Below are positions 1 through 16,700 of a stretch of 64,000 nucleotides of DNA, piece after piece. The DNA comes from Chlorokybus atmophyticus (Eukaryota; Plantae; Mesostigma and Chlorokybus algae): the NCBI GenBank assembly GCA_009103225.1, contig RHPI01002204.1:248001-312000 (forward strand), given 5' to 3'. The notes beneath the pieces were generated by a model, which had not been told where the DNA came from, did not search any database, and worked only from the letters and a program-made list of their open reading frames with translations. The first letter of the stretch is position 1, and each line of letters starts with the position of its first letter. The position numbers and the translations under genes are program-made.

Positions 1-168
1 TCTCAACTATGCTACCCCTGAATGAACAAACAGCATTTGCGTCAACCATCTGTAGTAGAATTCACAAACCCTAATGCAGATCAGGCAGTGTGACCACTAC
101 GGAAACCTCCAGAGCGAGCCACAGCCTATTACGGCTGCATGCCACTGGCCAATGTGTCTGTTACTCAC

Positions 169-570
169 CCTAAAACGTCCTTGTCTGCGCAACTGGCGAG
201 CCCTCCACAGCCCCAGGTCGACATTGAGCTTAGCAATCTTCTCAGGGAGGCCCTTGGGGGAGGTGGGCGGGGAGGAGGAGGAGGCGGCGGACGTTGACGG
301 CGCGGAGGACGACGGCGAGGTGGTCGGCAGTGACGACGACGATGACGACGTCGATGGGTGAGACGCGTCGCCTTCTTCTTCCGTCCGCACCACCACCCCC
401 GCTGCCGAAGCCCTGATAGACGACAACCTCCTGGAGGACGTCCTCACCGGCCTGGGCCTCTCCGGCAGCAGCAGTGGCGGCGCTCCCTTCCAAGCAGGCA
501 TGGCCAACATAGCTGCAAATGTCGAGGATGACGATGGGCACTGCATCACCGGCGCCGATAATGACGCCAT
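169..570 (-). CDS. HCF107: First exon of a plastid-targeted HAT/TPR RNA-maturation factor, HCF107/Mbb1-like; gene continues off the left edge
   Basis: ATG at 570 gives an Ala/Ser/Arg-rich transit-peptide-like N-terminus (MASLSAPVMQCPSSSS...). It is followed by KLNVDLGLWRARQLRRQG, which resembles the start of the HAT region of plant HCF107 (NLDLxLYKAKVLxR). The exon ends at a phase-0 GTGAGT donor at 168. Confidence 0.6.
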
Positions 571-724
571 CGCAGCGGCGGCGGCGGAGGACGCGCACAA
601 CGTCGGCCACGTCGACACTATGTGACGCTTCGTCGACAGCGTCGGCAAGAGACGGCTGCGCGTCGACACTTGATCGCGTCGACATGCAGTGTCGGCGTTG
701 TGCATCGCATGGCAGCTAGCAGAC

Positions 725-733
725 AAACCCTAG
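725..733 (+). promoter_or_regulatory. Telo-box (AAACCCTAG) in the divergent HCF107-like/UBP intergenic region
   Basis: Plant telomere-like AAACCCTA motif 155 bp upstream of the minus-strand ATG; the motif recurs at most gene starts in the window. Confidence 0.55.
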
Positions 734-1247
734 AAAAGGAATATTTGCTCTGTGCCTAGCGGCGGCGGTGTCGTGGTTGTCGTAGGTGCTGTCGGCAGCG
801 GTGCGGCAGGACTGGTTCGCTGTGTGTTGTTACAGATGCGCGTCTTGTGCTGTTTATGAGGCTGGATTGGGCAAGATACTGGTGGCAAGCCAGGAGTACA
901 GCTTGAAGCAGCAGCAGCAGCAGCAGCAGCAATAGCGCCACGGCGGTTTCCCGCGCTGCTTTGTCAAAAGCGCCTGCTGACGGCTGGAGATCCGCAGCAA
1001 AGAACGCTGCGGCATGGCTGTGGTGCTGTCCTAGGTACGGTCATGTCAGTCTGCCTTCGCACTCAGAGAACTAGCAGATCAGCTGCTGGCTGCGTCGTTG
1101 TTCAAGTAACAGTAACTATCAATGGCAAATTGTTCAATTGGCAATTTCGTTTGATCAACTGAAGAATATGATGGTCATGGCTACCGTGTTTGCAGTTTAC
1201 ATGCCTACATTGCGCCCCGCGCTCTCTTACGTCCAGCTGTAGCGGAC

Positions 1248-3543
1248 ATGGGAGGATCTTCCTCTAAGCTTGAGAAAGCTTTGGGCGAGGCTTTTCCTGA
1301 GGGAGAGAGGTTTTTTGGCTTGGAGAACTTTGGGAATACCTGCTATTGCAACAGCGTGCTTCAGGTGATTGAGAAAAGCCGTTTACATGTGTCAGTTGAT
1401 GGTAGCAGACTGTTGCATAGACGTGCTCATCCTGGTATTGCAGGCTCTCTTTTTCTGCATACCGTTCAGGGAGAGACTCTTAGAGTATTACTCTAAAGCT
1501 CTTGCTAGCAACAAGGTCCCGGCAGAAGAGAATCTGCTGTACTGCTTGGCGGACCTGTTTACGCAGGTACAGCGATACAATGCAGCTGTGTGCGGTGATC
1601 TGTTTGATGTACACTTGTGTTGTAGTTGCGTTGTCTATGTCAAGAAGACTCCATCCATATCCCTAGCTGCTGTGTGCCTGTTTGGTTGTGTTGCTGTAGT
1701 GCCCTTGACTGTTAAGGCTAGTGTAGCGCACATTGAAGTCACATACAGCATTCAATGGAGCTGACTTCTTGGCGGCAGATCACAAGTCAGAAGAAGAAAA
1801 CCGGTGTGGTGGCTCCCAAAAAGTTTATTCAACGATTGAAGAAGCAGAATGAGCTTTTCCGCAGTTACATGCATCAGGTAACCTTGGTTGGCACAAATTC
1901 AGGTTCGCTGTTGGTAGATCGCTTGACAAAAGGGGGTTGCTTATGTGATGCTTCACAGGACGCACACGAGTTCCTGAATTTTTTGCTTAATGAACTTGCC
2001 GATGTGTTGGAGAAAGAGGCCCGCGCAAGCCTCGCTTCCCCTACCCAACCCAATGGCGCGCTTGCCAATGGGCTTGTACATATTGCTAGCAATGGTTATT
2101 CCACCAAAGCACAACCCGCACCTCCCCCGCAGCCTGTTCGGACATGGGTGCATGAAATTTTTCAGGTACAGCTTCCCCTTACTACCATGGTACTTTTGTA
2201 TCTATTTTACCAACCAGCAACGACCTTGCTTGGTGTGCCATGGGTGAGCCGACGCTGGGTTTCATGTCTGCCAGGGCATACTCACAAACGAAACCCGATG
2301 CCTGTGCTGTGAGACTGTCACCGCTCGCGAGGAAACATTCTTTGACTTGAGTCTGGACATCGAGCAGAACTGCTCCATCACAAGTTGCCTACGCAATTTC
2401 AGGTTTGACATTGTACACTCTTTGAGTATATCGTGTGCTTGCCGCAAATGCAGTGCCTCCACGTGCATTTGCACTTAGCCATACGAATGCCGCTGTTGGA
2501 GCCAGTGGTGTACGTTATCAGGTAACATGATCTGGTGCGGTTGCAGTTCTACTGAAACTCTCAATAAAGAGGACAAGTTCTTCTGCGACCAGTGCAGCAG
2601 TTTACAAGTGAGTTATCTGTCTGCCGGCTGCTAGCAGTTGCTTCTTTTCGGCGTGTGCCCATGTGTGCACGTGAGTGGGCATATGTGAGTATGCACGGGT
2701 GCATATGTGGCGGTAGTGTGCATGTGTTTATTTAGCATGAGAGCTCCTTATTGTGGACCTCTTGACGCGTTGTGCCTGTTGCCAGGAAGCACAAAAACGC
2801 ATGAAGATCAAAGTGGCGCCTAGCATTCTTGCACTTCACTTGAAGCGCTTCAAGTACATAGAGCAGCTTGGCAGGTATGCCTTGGACCTGACTTCAGTGT
2901 AAACAGAAGTAGAGTGCCTTCTGGTGTCCCATGGTTTGTTCTGATCATGTGGTTTCTGGCGTTGTATCAGGTATAAGAAGCTATCATATCGTGTGGTCTT
3001 CCCCTTGGAGCTGAAGCTCTGCAACACCACAGATGATGCGGTAAGGGGTCGCAATTGGACACTTGCATTGGTTGATAGTGACAAGTCCAGTCAGTGCACA
3101 CGAAACGGTGCAGCTGATCTTTCCAATTCTGATGCAGGAAGGGTCAGACGTGGAGTACTCGTTATTTGCTGTGGTTGTGCATGTTGGCAGTGGTCCTAAC
3201 CATGGGCACTACGTCAGCCTAGTCAAGAGCCACAACCATTGGCTGTTCTTTGGTACTGGCCTTGTTGTGTTTGCTGCCATTTCTGTACATGAAGTGACCT
3301 TTAGCTCTCTGGCAGATGATGAGAATGTGGAGCCCATCGATGAATCAGTTGTACAGACATACTTCGGCTCCACACAGGTAGGCGCTGTTACCATGTGCAC
3401 CAAAAGTGCCTGTAACGTTCCATCACAGCCAACATGAGCCAACATGACTGGCATTGCAGGATTTTGCCAGCAATACGGATCATGGGTACATACTCTTTTA
3501 TGAGAGTGTGCGGTCAGAGTCGTTGCGGCAAAAAACCGGCTGA
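1248..3543 (+). CDS. UBP3: Ubiquitin-specific protease, UBP3/UBP4 (USP12/USP46) family, 11 exons
   Basis: Starts [13 protein letters not shown] (myristoylation-type), with Cys box [28 protein letters not shown], and His box [20 protein letters not shown] exons in one frame: 1248-1364, 1444-1566, 1779-1877, 1959-2165, 2275-2402, 2547-2607, 2785-2873, 2971-3040, 3138-3252, 3316-3377, 3460-3543. Confidence 0.95.
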
Positions 3544-5930
3544 GAGGTTGGTTTGCAAAGGCACAGCGCACACCCACATATCCTACTTGCTGCAGTCACC
3601 AACACTCGGATAGCATGACACATGCGACACCATCAGGGCTATTGTTGGCTTTTACACAGTGCGAATTGCCTGTTTCTGATGTATGTCATCTGTTACAATA
3701 GCAATGTCATTAACGTGAGGGCTCAACGGCTGATTGCATACAGAACTGATGCAATGGCATGTTGCTTTGCAACAAGGGATGTATCCGCATTGTTGTGACA
3801 ATTTCCAGTTAGGTTCTAGGGTTTCCAAAAAATCACTCTAGAAATATGCACAGTTTCTGGCTCCGCTGACTTATGTTCGAGGCTGCGTGGGTGGTTGCCC
3901 GTGTTGAGCGGATGAATTGCGTAGGTTTTGCTATTGGACAGGCGCCACCATGGCCATTTGGCCATCGCAGTGCCTGTAGGTGCAGTCTCTCTCGCACTCT
4001 CTCTCCCTCTCTCTCTCGCGCGCGCTCTCGTACTATACCCCTTTTACATGCACAAGAAGCAAGGCAAGAGTAGTGTGAATGATTACAGCCAAAACGGCAA
4101 GAAACGCAAGCAATGCAAGCAATGCACAGTGCCAAGGGCTGGCCCAAGCCCAACAGCTGATACAACAACGGACTCAAAGTGTGGTGTGACTCAAAACTCA
4201 CACCACACACAAGAAGTAGTAAATAGCAGCAGCAGGCAGCAGTAGTAGCGGCGCAAGCAACCCACAAAACTTGCATGTTCCCCCACCTGTGACAGCAGCG
4301 CCACCAGTTAGCAATTGCCAGATATACGCACCTGCATGCTGCAGGCATACACGACCACGTGTGTATGCCTGCAATTTCGAAAAACCAGATAACTCACATG
4401 ATGTTTGCATGCTTATTCTATACATCACTTGCGCTCTTATCAGCAACACCGCTACGATGCATTGATTGAAACCACTCATAAGTATATGTTTACAGCAACA
4501 ACACCTTATGCCCGGTAATCTCTTGCTACTTGAACGTTATCATTGGAGTCATCATCATCATGTAGAGTAGTGTAGAGGAAGGGGCTAGATTGCATATGTA
4601 AACAAGCACATTAATCCATCACATGACAAGCGGCACAACAGCATGCCATTTCAAAGGCAAACCAACTAGCTATACACAACCATGGGGCACATGCACATCA
4701 TCGCTATTGGTACACATGCTGGCCCTTTTCCCCTTGAGCACGCTTTCAAGCATCTCCATTGCAAGTTATGCTATCAATGTCGCTTCCATCACTTGACAGC
4801 ACAATTGTTGGCTTTTGCAACATTGGCCGCATCTCGCACATGCAACCTCTTTCAACTCAGCGACCGCACGCTTCATGTACCTTTTGTGGCAACTCGTTTG
4901 CATCAACGACATTGTTCACAACATAGTCATCAGCGGCATGGTTCAATATGTTCTCTTTGCGCAGCTCTGATGTAAGTTATGCCATCAGCTTCACATCCAT
5001 TCGCCTATTTGAATGCGTTCGTATGCATATTATGCACTGACTTCATGTTTTGCACTGACAGCTTCATGTCACCTTCATGTTGCACTAACACTCTCCGCAA
5101 CACTGATGCACCCATCATTTGGTCTACCAATTCGCCAGCCGCAAGTTGCCGCTTACACTGTTTTGGGCCATTTGCACGATGTGTCACCTACAACGTCCCA
5201 TCGCAAATATTAATAAGTACACTATTACTCATGGTCGACAATAATATGGCTTTGTTGCCACCTTGCAAGAGCAGCACACATATGCTGCAACTTGTCACGT
5301 ATTTCACATAAATGTTACACATTATATATATATACTTATATACATATATTATTTGTCTGTAAGCTGGCTTGTGAGGTATGCACTCGTATAAACAAATGAT
5401 TTATCAAAATTAAAAATATAAAATGATTTCACTTCACCTATGTCATGTATACTATATGTGAATACAATTTCGTATTAGGCAAGAGTCACTGATTTGATTA
5501 CTCCCAAAGTCGCATCATCTACGCCCCATCCTTAAAGCCATCATGCCCAAATGACTTAAATGCAAATCACCGTAGTGACACATGCATTACTATTCAGGAA
5601 GTTAATTGTAAAACAGCTCGGATTGCAATTTCAATGAGGTATGCTAAGGTTCAACAACATCAACATCTATGCAAATCATTGATCTTGTGTGATGATAACA
5701 GCAAGGTTGAATTGAAATACCGGTAGTTTGCAAAGTAAGTGGGTCGTATTGTATGTGTCATTAGGGTATGACCTTGACCTTTTGGGTCACAGATTGTGAC
5801 TCTCGATTGCCAGTCTGGCTTCATGACAAGCAAGCATGGCTTGAATCACTCCGTCTCGATATCCTTGAAGTCGGATATCGGCGGCCGCGCAAAGTACGAG
5901 CCCTGCCCGCCGCCACTGTGTGAGCCCTCT

Positions 5931-5938
5931 TTAGGGTT
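5931..5938 (-). promoter_or_regulatory. Telo-box (TTAGGGTT) upstream of RPL30
   Basis: Lies about 130 bp upstream of the RPL30 ATG; telo-boxes are established elements of plant ribosomal-protein gene promoters and leaders. Confidence 0.6.
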
Positions 5939-6066
5939 CGCGAGGGTGTCGCTGGCGGCAGAGGCGGCGGCAGGGTTGTCCGTCGCCTGAGCGAGGAGGT
6001 CCCGGTCGACCCATCCAGAGCGCCTAAGAAGCCGGTGCGCCGGTGGAGGCAGGGGGCTAAGTCAAG

Positions 6067-6402
6067 ATGGTGGCTGCTAAGAAGACCAAGCGCGCGCAGG
6101 AGAGCATCAACAACAGGCTGGCTCTGGTGATGAAGAGCGGCAAGTTCACACTTGGCTACAAGACGGTGCTGAAGAGCCTGCGGGGAGGCAAGGCCAAGCT
6201 GGTGATCATCGCCTCCAACTGCCCGCCGCTGCGCAAGTCCGAGCTGGAGTACTACGCCATGCTCAGCAAGACCGGAGTCCACCACTACACCGGCAACAAC
6301 GTGGACCTCGGAACCGCCTGCGGAAAGTACTTCCGCGTCTGCTGCCTGTCCATCACAGACCCTGGTGACTCCGACATCATCAAGACCATGCCCACTGAAT
6401 AG
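6067..6402 (+). CDS. RPL30: Cytosolic 60S ribosomal protein L30 (eL30), intronless CDS
   Basis: 111-aa ORF with [63 protein letters not shown] and DPGDSDI; very high GC at third codon positions. Confidence 0.98.
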   Translation: MVAAKKTKRAQESINNRLALVMKSGKFTLGYKTVLKSLRGGKAKLVIIASNCPPLRKSELEYYAMLSKTGVHHYTGNNVDLGTACGKYFRVCCLSITDPGDSDIIKTMPTE

Positions 6403-7984
6403 AGTAGTGGCAGGTTGTGAGAGCGACACAGAGGGAGCGAGAGTGTGCTCTGTTCTCTCCGTTGATTCGCAGGCTGCTGTGGGGTGTGTCCTCTGTCTCA
6501 ATTGTCGCAACAGAAGTTAGCAGTGACGGACATTGCTTTGCTTTGCGCATTACAATTTGGTAATGCGCACGTTGTAATGCAAGCGCGCACCAGTGTTGCA
6601 TGTGTAGTTTAACGGGCAATTTACGCCTGTAGTGCTGGCGTGTCTGCATTTGATTTGTATATTCCTTATGCAGCTTGTGCTTGCATACGTCTGCGCATGT
6701 TGCTCGCACTTCGCAAGCTCATTGAGTGCGTTTGTGTAGCTCGTGCGTCCACTGAGACAGACATTGCGTGTGAAACTTGCCTGCGTCCTGAAAGCCCTTA
6801 GGATCCGTTTGTATAGCTTCCTTGTCCACTGAGACACTTATTGTGTGCTGATTGTATTCTCCCACGCGGTGCATTTTCATGTGCAAAATGGAAGTGAGAT
6901 TTTCATGCCTCACGCAACAATTATCACGGCAGTTGGCTGCAGCATTGCGCATCCGCAATACTATGCATGGCGCATACTGTACTTTGAAACCAGCATGTGA
7001 CTAAACAGACCTTGTCAACATTTGTCAGCACCTCTTTGGTTGGTTTGCTTTGTTGGTGTGTACAGGATATTGTGGCAGTATTTGGAGACATGCATGACCT
7101 CACTAACAGCATGCCAAACAGCAACATGCAAGCACATGTGCATTGCCGTTGATATTGTATGTAAATTACAACACAACCGTGTACGCAATACTGGCAGCAA
7201 GATCACCAGCTGATGCAAGGCCATGGCGATTGCGTGCAATTGAGATGGAAATGCCGTGCGTAAGAAGTGCTATGCGACGGTTGCTATGCGCACAATGCAC
7301 GTGCTCAGTCACTTGTGCTGGCCCAAGCCCTTGGTATAGAGTATGGGTTGTGGTATGTCGTGCTATGCCGTGCCTTCACTAGCACAAAGCACTTAGTCCA
7401 TGCTGCACTCCTTCAGACTTATGTACACTGTCACATATAGGGTATAGCCAAGAGGTAGAAAGCATAGATAGCACAAACACCACACAACCACAAAGGCACC
7501 GCACAAATCATTACTCCACAGCTTAAGCACACCACCTAGCTAAGGGGCTGGTTCTAAGTGCTGATGCATAGGCAAGGCAGGAAAAGAAGGCCGGAGTTGC
7601 GCCCAGGTATACCTGTGCAGCGCAGGAGAGGCACAAGGAGGGAGAGGTAGAGGCATAGGCCAGCACACGAACACATCCTGCAACATGACCGACTTGAACA
7701 TATGCACCAAACTCAGTCTACAGTCACATCCCTGCAAAGTAGTTTTTACCTATGCAGCGTCCTGATCCCAGACTCAGTGGTGGACATAGCGTGAAAATGA
7801 CAATCAACCAGCTCAAGGCCTGTAATGAAGTTGCGTTCTGTCTGTGGCATTGCAGCATAGCCATGCCTGCAATAATTTGCTATGGCAGTGACTCGGTTTC
7901 TTATCTGGCTTAGCAACTGTGCCAGAAGCGCAAGAGAGAATTGTACATATCACAGAAAACGGACGGGGTTTATGCACGCACAGC

Positions 7985-12019
<4,035 letters not shown>

Positions 12020-12124
12020 AGCTGTATAAACCTCCTCCAGCACCAGCTCATCCACCAGCTCCTCGTCCTGCACCACCGCCACCGCCGCCACCGCCACCGC
12101 CACCGCCGCGGCAAGCCCCACTTT

Positions 12125-12132
12125 TAGGGTTT
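12125..12132 (-). promoter_or_regulatory. Telo-box upstream of AlaRS
   Basis: TAGGGTTT, i.e. AAACCCTA on the AlaRS sense strand, about 105 bp before the ATG. Confidence 0.55.
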
Positions 12133-12323
12133 GCTGTGCTCTGGGCACAGCTGACGTGGCGGTGGGCTTATCTGCGTTACGGTGGCTGCCGTAGCTCATA
12201 CACGTGATGTAGGCGTAACGGATGGGCGTAACAGACACTGCCTACGCCGACGTAAGTGTGTTATTCATTGGCTGACGTTGTCGGCGCATGTATGCAACTT
12301 GCGGCCAGCCTTTCAGCCACGAA

Positions 12324-12332
12324 TTAGGGTTA
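12324..12332 (+). promoter_or_regulatory. Telo-box upstream of plastid RPL11
   Basis: TTAGGGTTA about 110 bp before the RPL11 ATG, in the same bidirectional spacer as the AlaRS box. Confidence 0.5.
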
Positions 12333-12439
12333 GCTTTGTTGTTATCCGCCGCCGCCTGGTCGTCGTGGTGGTGGGCGGCGTGGGGGTTGTTGTCTTGGAG
12401 CTGGCTTGTGGAGCGTTGAGGGGATTGAAGCTTCCAACC

Positions 12440-13429
12440 ATGGAGGCGACGACGTCCTTCAGTGGCTTGCAGCTGGCGGCGTCGCGGCGGTCGTCTTTCG
12501 CTGGCGCCCAGCTGCACGCCGCCGCCGCCCCCTCCCTGCGCCGCCCCCTCCCCACCACCACCGCCCCATCACGAGCTCCCACTGTGATGATGGCCAAGAA
12601 GGTAAGGCAATTGGGGGCTTGCATTGCTCAGCTTTGCACAGCATAGCAGGCGTTAGTGCATTGTGACAGTGCTCAGCTTGGCTGTTTGTGGTCAGGTCAC
12701 TGGTATAGTGAAGCTTGCACTTGAGGCCGGGAAGGCCACGCCGCAGCCGCCAGTGGGTCCCGCATTGGGTTCGAAGGGTGTGAACATCATGGCCTTCTGC
12801 AAGGAGTACAATGCACAGACGCAGGACAAGGCCGGCCTGGTCATCCCTGTGGAAATCACCGTGTATGATGTAAGTGCCATACCATGTACACGCTCAACGT
12901 GTATATCTGCGTATATGCGCACTTGGTCACTTGCGTCCAAACTTGTTCTCTCAATTGGGGATCCAGGATAATCTTGCATTGAAACAACAGAGTTGCCAGT
13001 GCTGATGACACTATTTGCGTGCATATTGCGTGCACACAAGCACAGTAATGTGCATTGACATTGTTCACTGTGGCCTGCAGGATCGCAGTTTCACCTTTGT
13101 GCTGAAGACTCCTCCTGCCTCCGTGCTCTTGAAAAAGGCGATTGGTACGCATATTCATTGCAATCATTTCGCATGCAAGTCTCCTCCTCTCACCCCTATC
13201 ACCTTTCTAGTTCAGGTCTTGATCTAAGCTTTACATTTATTGCTGTGCAGGTGCTAGCGCAGGTGCTAACACTGGCAAGCTCGGTAACATCGGCACCATC
13301 ACGCAAGCACAGCTGCGAGACATAGCCACGATTAAGCTTCCCGATCTCAACTGCAACGATGTTGAGGCAGCCATGAGGATTGTCGGTGGCACTGCTTCCA
13401 ACATGGGCATCAAGGTGGCCGATTCATAG
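12440..13429 (+). CDS. RPL11: Nucleus-encoded plastid 50S ribosomal protein L11 (uL11c), 4 exons
   Basis: Transit peptide [25 protein letters not shown], then [45 protein letters not shown] and [26 protein letters not shown]. Exons 12440-12601, 12696-12869, 13081-13144, 13251-13429. Confidence 0.95.
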
Positions 13430-13704
13430 CTTTTTTGTTCAACAGCGTTACGATAATATCTCCCATGTTTACCTGTGCATGTGAGTGCATCTTTGCATAT
13501 CTGTATGCACTATCTTGGGTCCCTCCATTTTATCCTATGCTCGCTACAAGCTACATACATCTACTACCCTGTGACGGCTCGCTCACTGTCTTACATCAGC
13601 ACAGCCGTCTGGTCTTGTGGTTTGTCATGTGCATTTGTTTCGTTGTAACATTGCAGTGGATGTAACTGTGCACAAGCAAAAATCGATGCATGGGGCGAAG
13701 GTCC

Positions 13705-16700
13705 TCCAGCATCAGTCTATTTGAAACGGGTGACTGCTGTGCAGCCCATATACATACACGAATCAATGTACCAGGGTGCATGTGACTCGCCACTGCCTAT
13801 ACAAGGGCGCACAATGTGCCACGCTTTGCTGTGTGCAGGTCGATGCTGTGCTGTGCTGTGGCATTTTATTTACAAGGTGTGGTTGCGGACAGTCCTCCAT
13901 CCACCAAGTCCACGCATGTACCTTGTACATTTTGCTGCTAGCAACACAAAGAACAACAGGCCTCATTGCTTGCCCTTCTAGCATCAATAACATTTGCTCA
14001 GCATATGCAATGTCCAGCATCAGTCTATTTGAAACGGGTGACTGCTGTGCAGCCCATATACATACACGAATCAATGTACCAGGGTGCATGTGACTCGCCA
14101 CTGCCTATACAAGGGCGCACAAAGTGCCACGCTTTGCTGTGTGCAGGTCGATGCTGTGCTGTGCTGTGGCATTTTATTTACAAGGTGTGGTTGCGGACAG
14201 TCCTCCATCCACCAAGTCCACGCATGTACCTTGTACATTTTGCTGCTAGCAACACAAAGAACAACAGGCCTCATTGCTTGCCCTTCTAGCATCAATAACA
14301 TTTGCTCAGCATATGCAATGTCCAGCATCAGTCTATTTGAAACGGGTGACTGCTGTGCAGCCCATATACATACACGAATCAATGTACCAGGGTGCATGTG
14401 ACTCGCCACTGCCTATACAAGGGCGCACAAAGTGCCACGCTTTGCTGTGTGCAGGTCGATGCTGTGCTGTGCTGTGGCATTTTATTTACAAGGTGTGGTT
14501 GCGGACAGTCCTCCATCCACCAAGTCCACGCATGTACCTTGTACATTTTGCTGCTAGCAACACAAAGAACAACAGGCCTCATTGCTTGCCCTTCTAGCAT
14601 CAATAACATTTGCTCAGCATATGCAATGTCCAGCATCAGTCTATTTGAAACGGGTGACTGCTGTGCAGCCCATATACATACACGAATCAATGTACCAGGG
14701 TGCATGTGACTCGCCACTGCCTATACAAGGGCGCACAAAGTGCCACGCTTTGCTGTGTGCAGGTCGATGCTGTGCTGTGCTGTGGCATTTTATTTACAAG
14801 GTGTGGTTGCGGACAGTCCTCCATCCACCAAGTCCACGCATGTACCTTGTACATTTTGCTGCTAGCAACACAAAGAACAACAGGCCTCATTGCTTGCCCT
14901 TCTAGCATCAATAACATTTGCTCAGCATATGCAATGTCCAGCATCAGTCTATTTGAAACGGGTGACTGCTGTGCAGCCCATATACATACACGAATCAATG
15001 TACCAGGGTGCATGTGACTCGCCACTGCCTATACAAGGGCGCACAAAGTGCCACGCTTTGCTGTGTGCAGGTCGATGCTGTGCTGTGCTGTGGCATTTTA
15101 TTTACAAGGTGTGGTTGCGGACAGTCCTCCATCCACCAAGTCCACGCATGTACCTTGTACATTTTGCTGCTAGCAACACAAAGAACAACAGGCCTCATTG
15201 CTTGCCCTTCTAGCATCAATAACATTTGCTCAGCATATGCAATGTCCAGCATCAGTCTATTTGAAACGGGTGACTGCTGTGCAGCCCATATACATACACG
15301 AATCAATGTACCAGGGTGCATGTGACTCGCCACTGCCTATACAAGGGCGCACAAAGTGCCACGCTTTGCTGTGTGCAGGTCGATGCTGTGCTGTGCTGTG
15401 GCATTTTATTTACAAGGTGTGGTTGCGGACAGTCCTCCATCCACCAAGTCCACGCATGTACCTTGTACATTTTGCTGCTAGCAACACAAAGAACAACAGG
15501 CCTCATTGCTTGCCCTTCTAGCATCAATAACATTTGCTCAGCATATGCAATGTCCAGCATCAGTCTATTTGAAACGGGTGACTGCTGTGCAGCCCATATA
15601 CATACACGAATCAATGTACCAGGGTGCATGTGACTCGCCACTGCCTATACAAGGGCGCACAAAGTGCCACGCTTTGCTGTGTGCAGGTCGATGCTGTGCT
15701 GTGCTGTGGCATTTTATTTACAAGGTGTGGTTGCGGACAGTCCTCCATCCACCAAGTCCACGCATGTACCTTGTACATTTTGCTGCTAGCAACACAAAGA
15801 ACAACAGGCCTCATTGCTTGCCCTTCTAGCATCAATAACATTTGCTCAGCATATGCAATGTCCAGCATCAGTCTATTTGAAACGGGTGACTGCTGTGCAG
15901 CCCATATACATACACGAATCAATGTACCAGGGTGCATGTGACTCGCCACTGCCTATACAAGGGCGCACAAAGTGCCACGCTTTGCTGTGTGCAGGTCGAT
16001 GCTGTGCTGTGCTGTGGCATTTTATTTACAAGGTGTGGTTGCGGACAGTCCTCCATCCACCAAGTCCACGCATGTACCTTGTACATTTTGCTGCTAGCAA
16101 CACAAAGAACAACAGGCCTCATTGCTTGCCCTTCTAGCATCAATAACATTTGCTCAGCATATGCAATGTCCAGCATCAGTCTATTTGAAACGGGTGACTG
16201 CTGTGCAGCCCATATACATACACGAATCAATGTACCAGGGTGCATGTGACTCGCCACTGCCTATACAAGGGCGCACAAAGTGCCACGCTTTGCTGTGTGC
16301 AGGTCGATGCTGTGCTGTGCTGTGGCATTTTATTTACAAGGTGTGGTTGCGGACAGTCCTCCATCCACCAAGTCCACGCATGTACCTTGTACATTTTGCT
16401 GCTAGCAACACAAAGAACAACAGGCCTCATTGCTTGCCCTTCTAGCATCAATAACATTTGCTCAGCATATGCAATGTCCAGCATCAGTCTATTTGAAACG
16501 GGTGACTGCTGTGCAGCCCATATACATACACGAATCAATGTACCAGGGTGCATGTGACTCGCCACTGCCTATACAAGGGCGCACAAAGTGCCACGCTTTG
16601 CTGTGTGCAGGTCGATGCTGTGCTGTGCTGTGGCATTTTATTTACAAGGTGTGGTTGCGGACAGTCCTCCATCCACCAAGTCCACGCATGTACCTTGTAC

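Noticed and set aside
5821-6510. 229-aa minus-strand ORF over RPL30
   Set aside because: Antisense shadow of a GC3-rich CDS.
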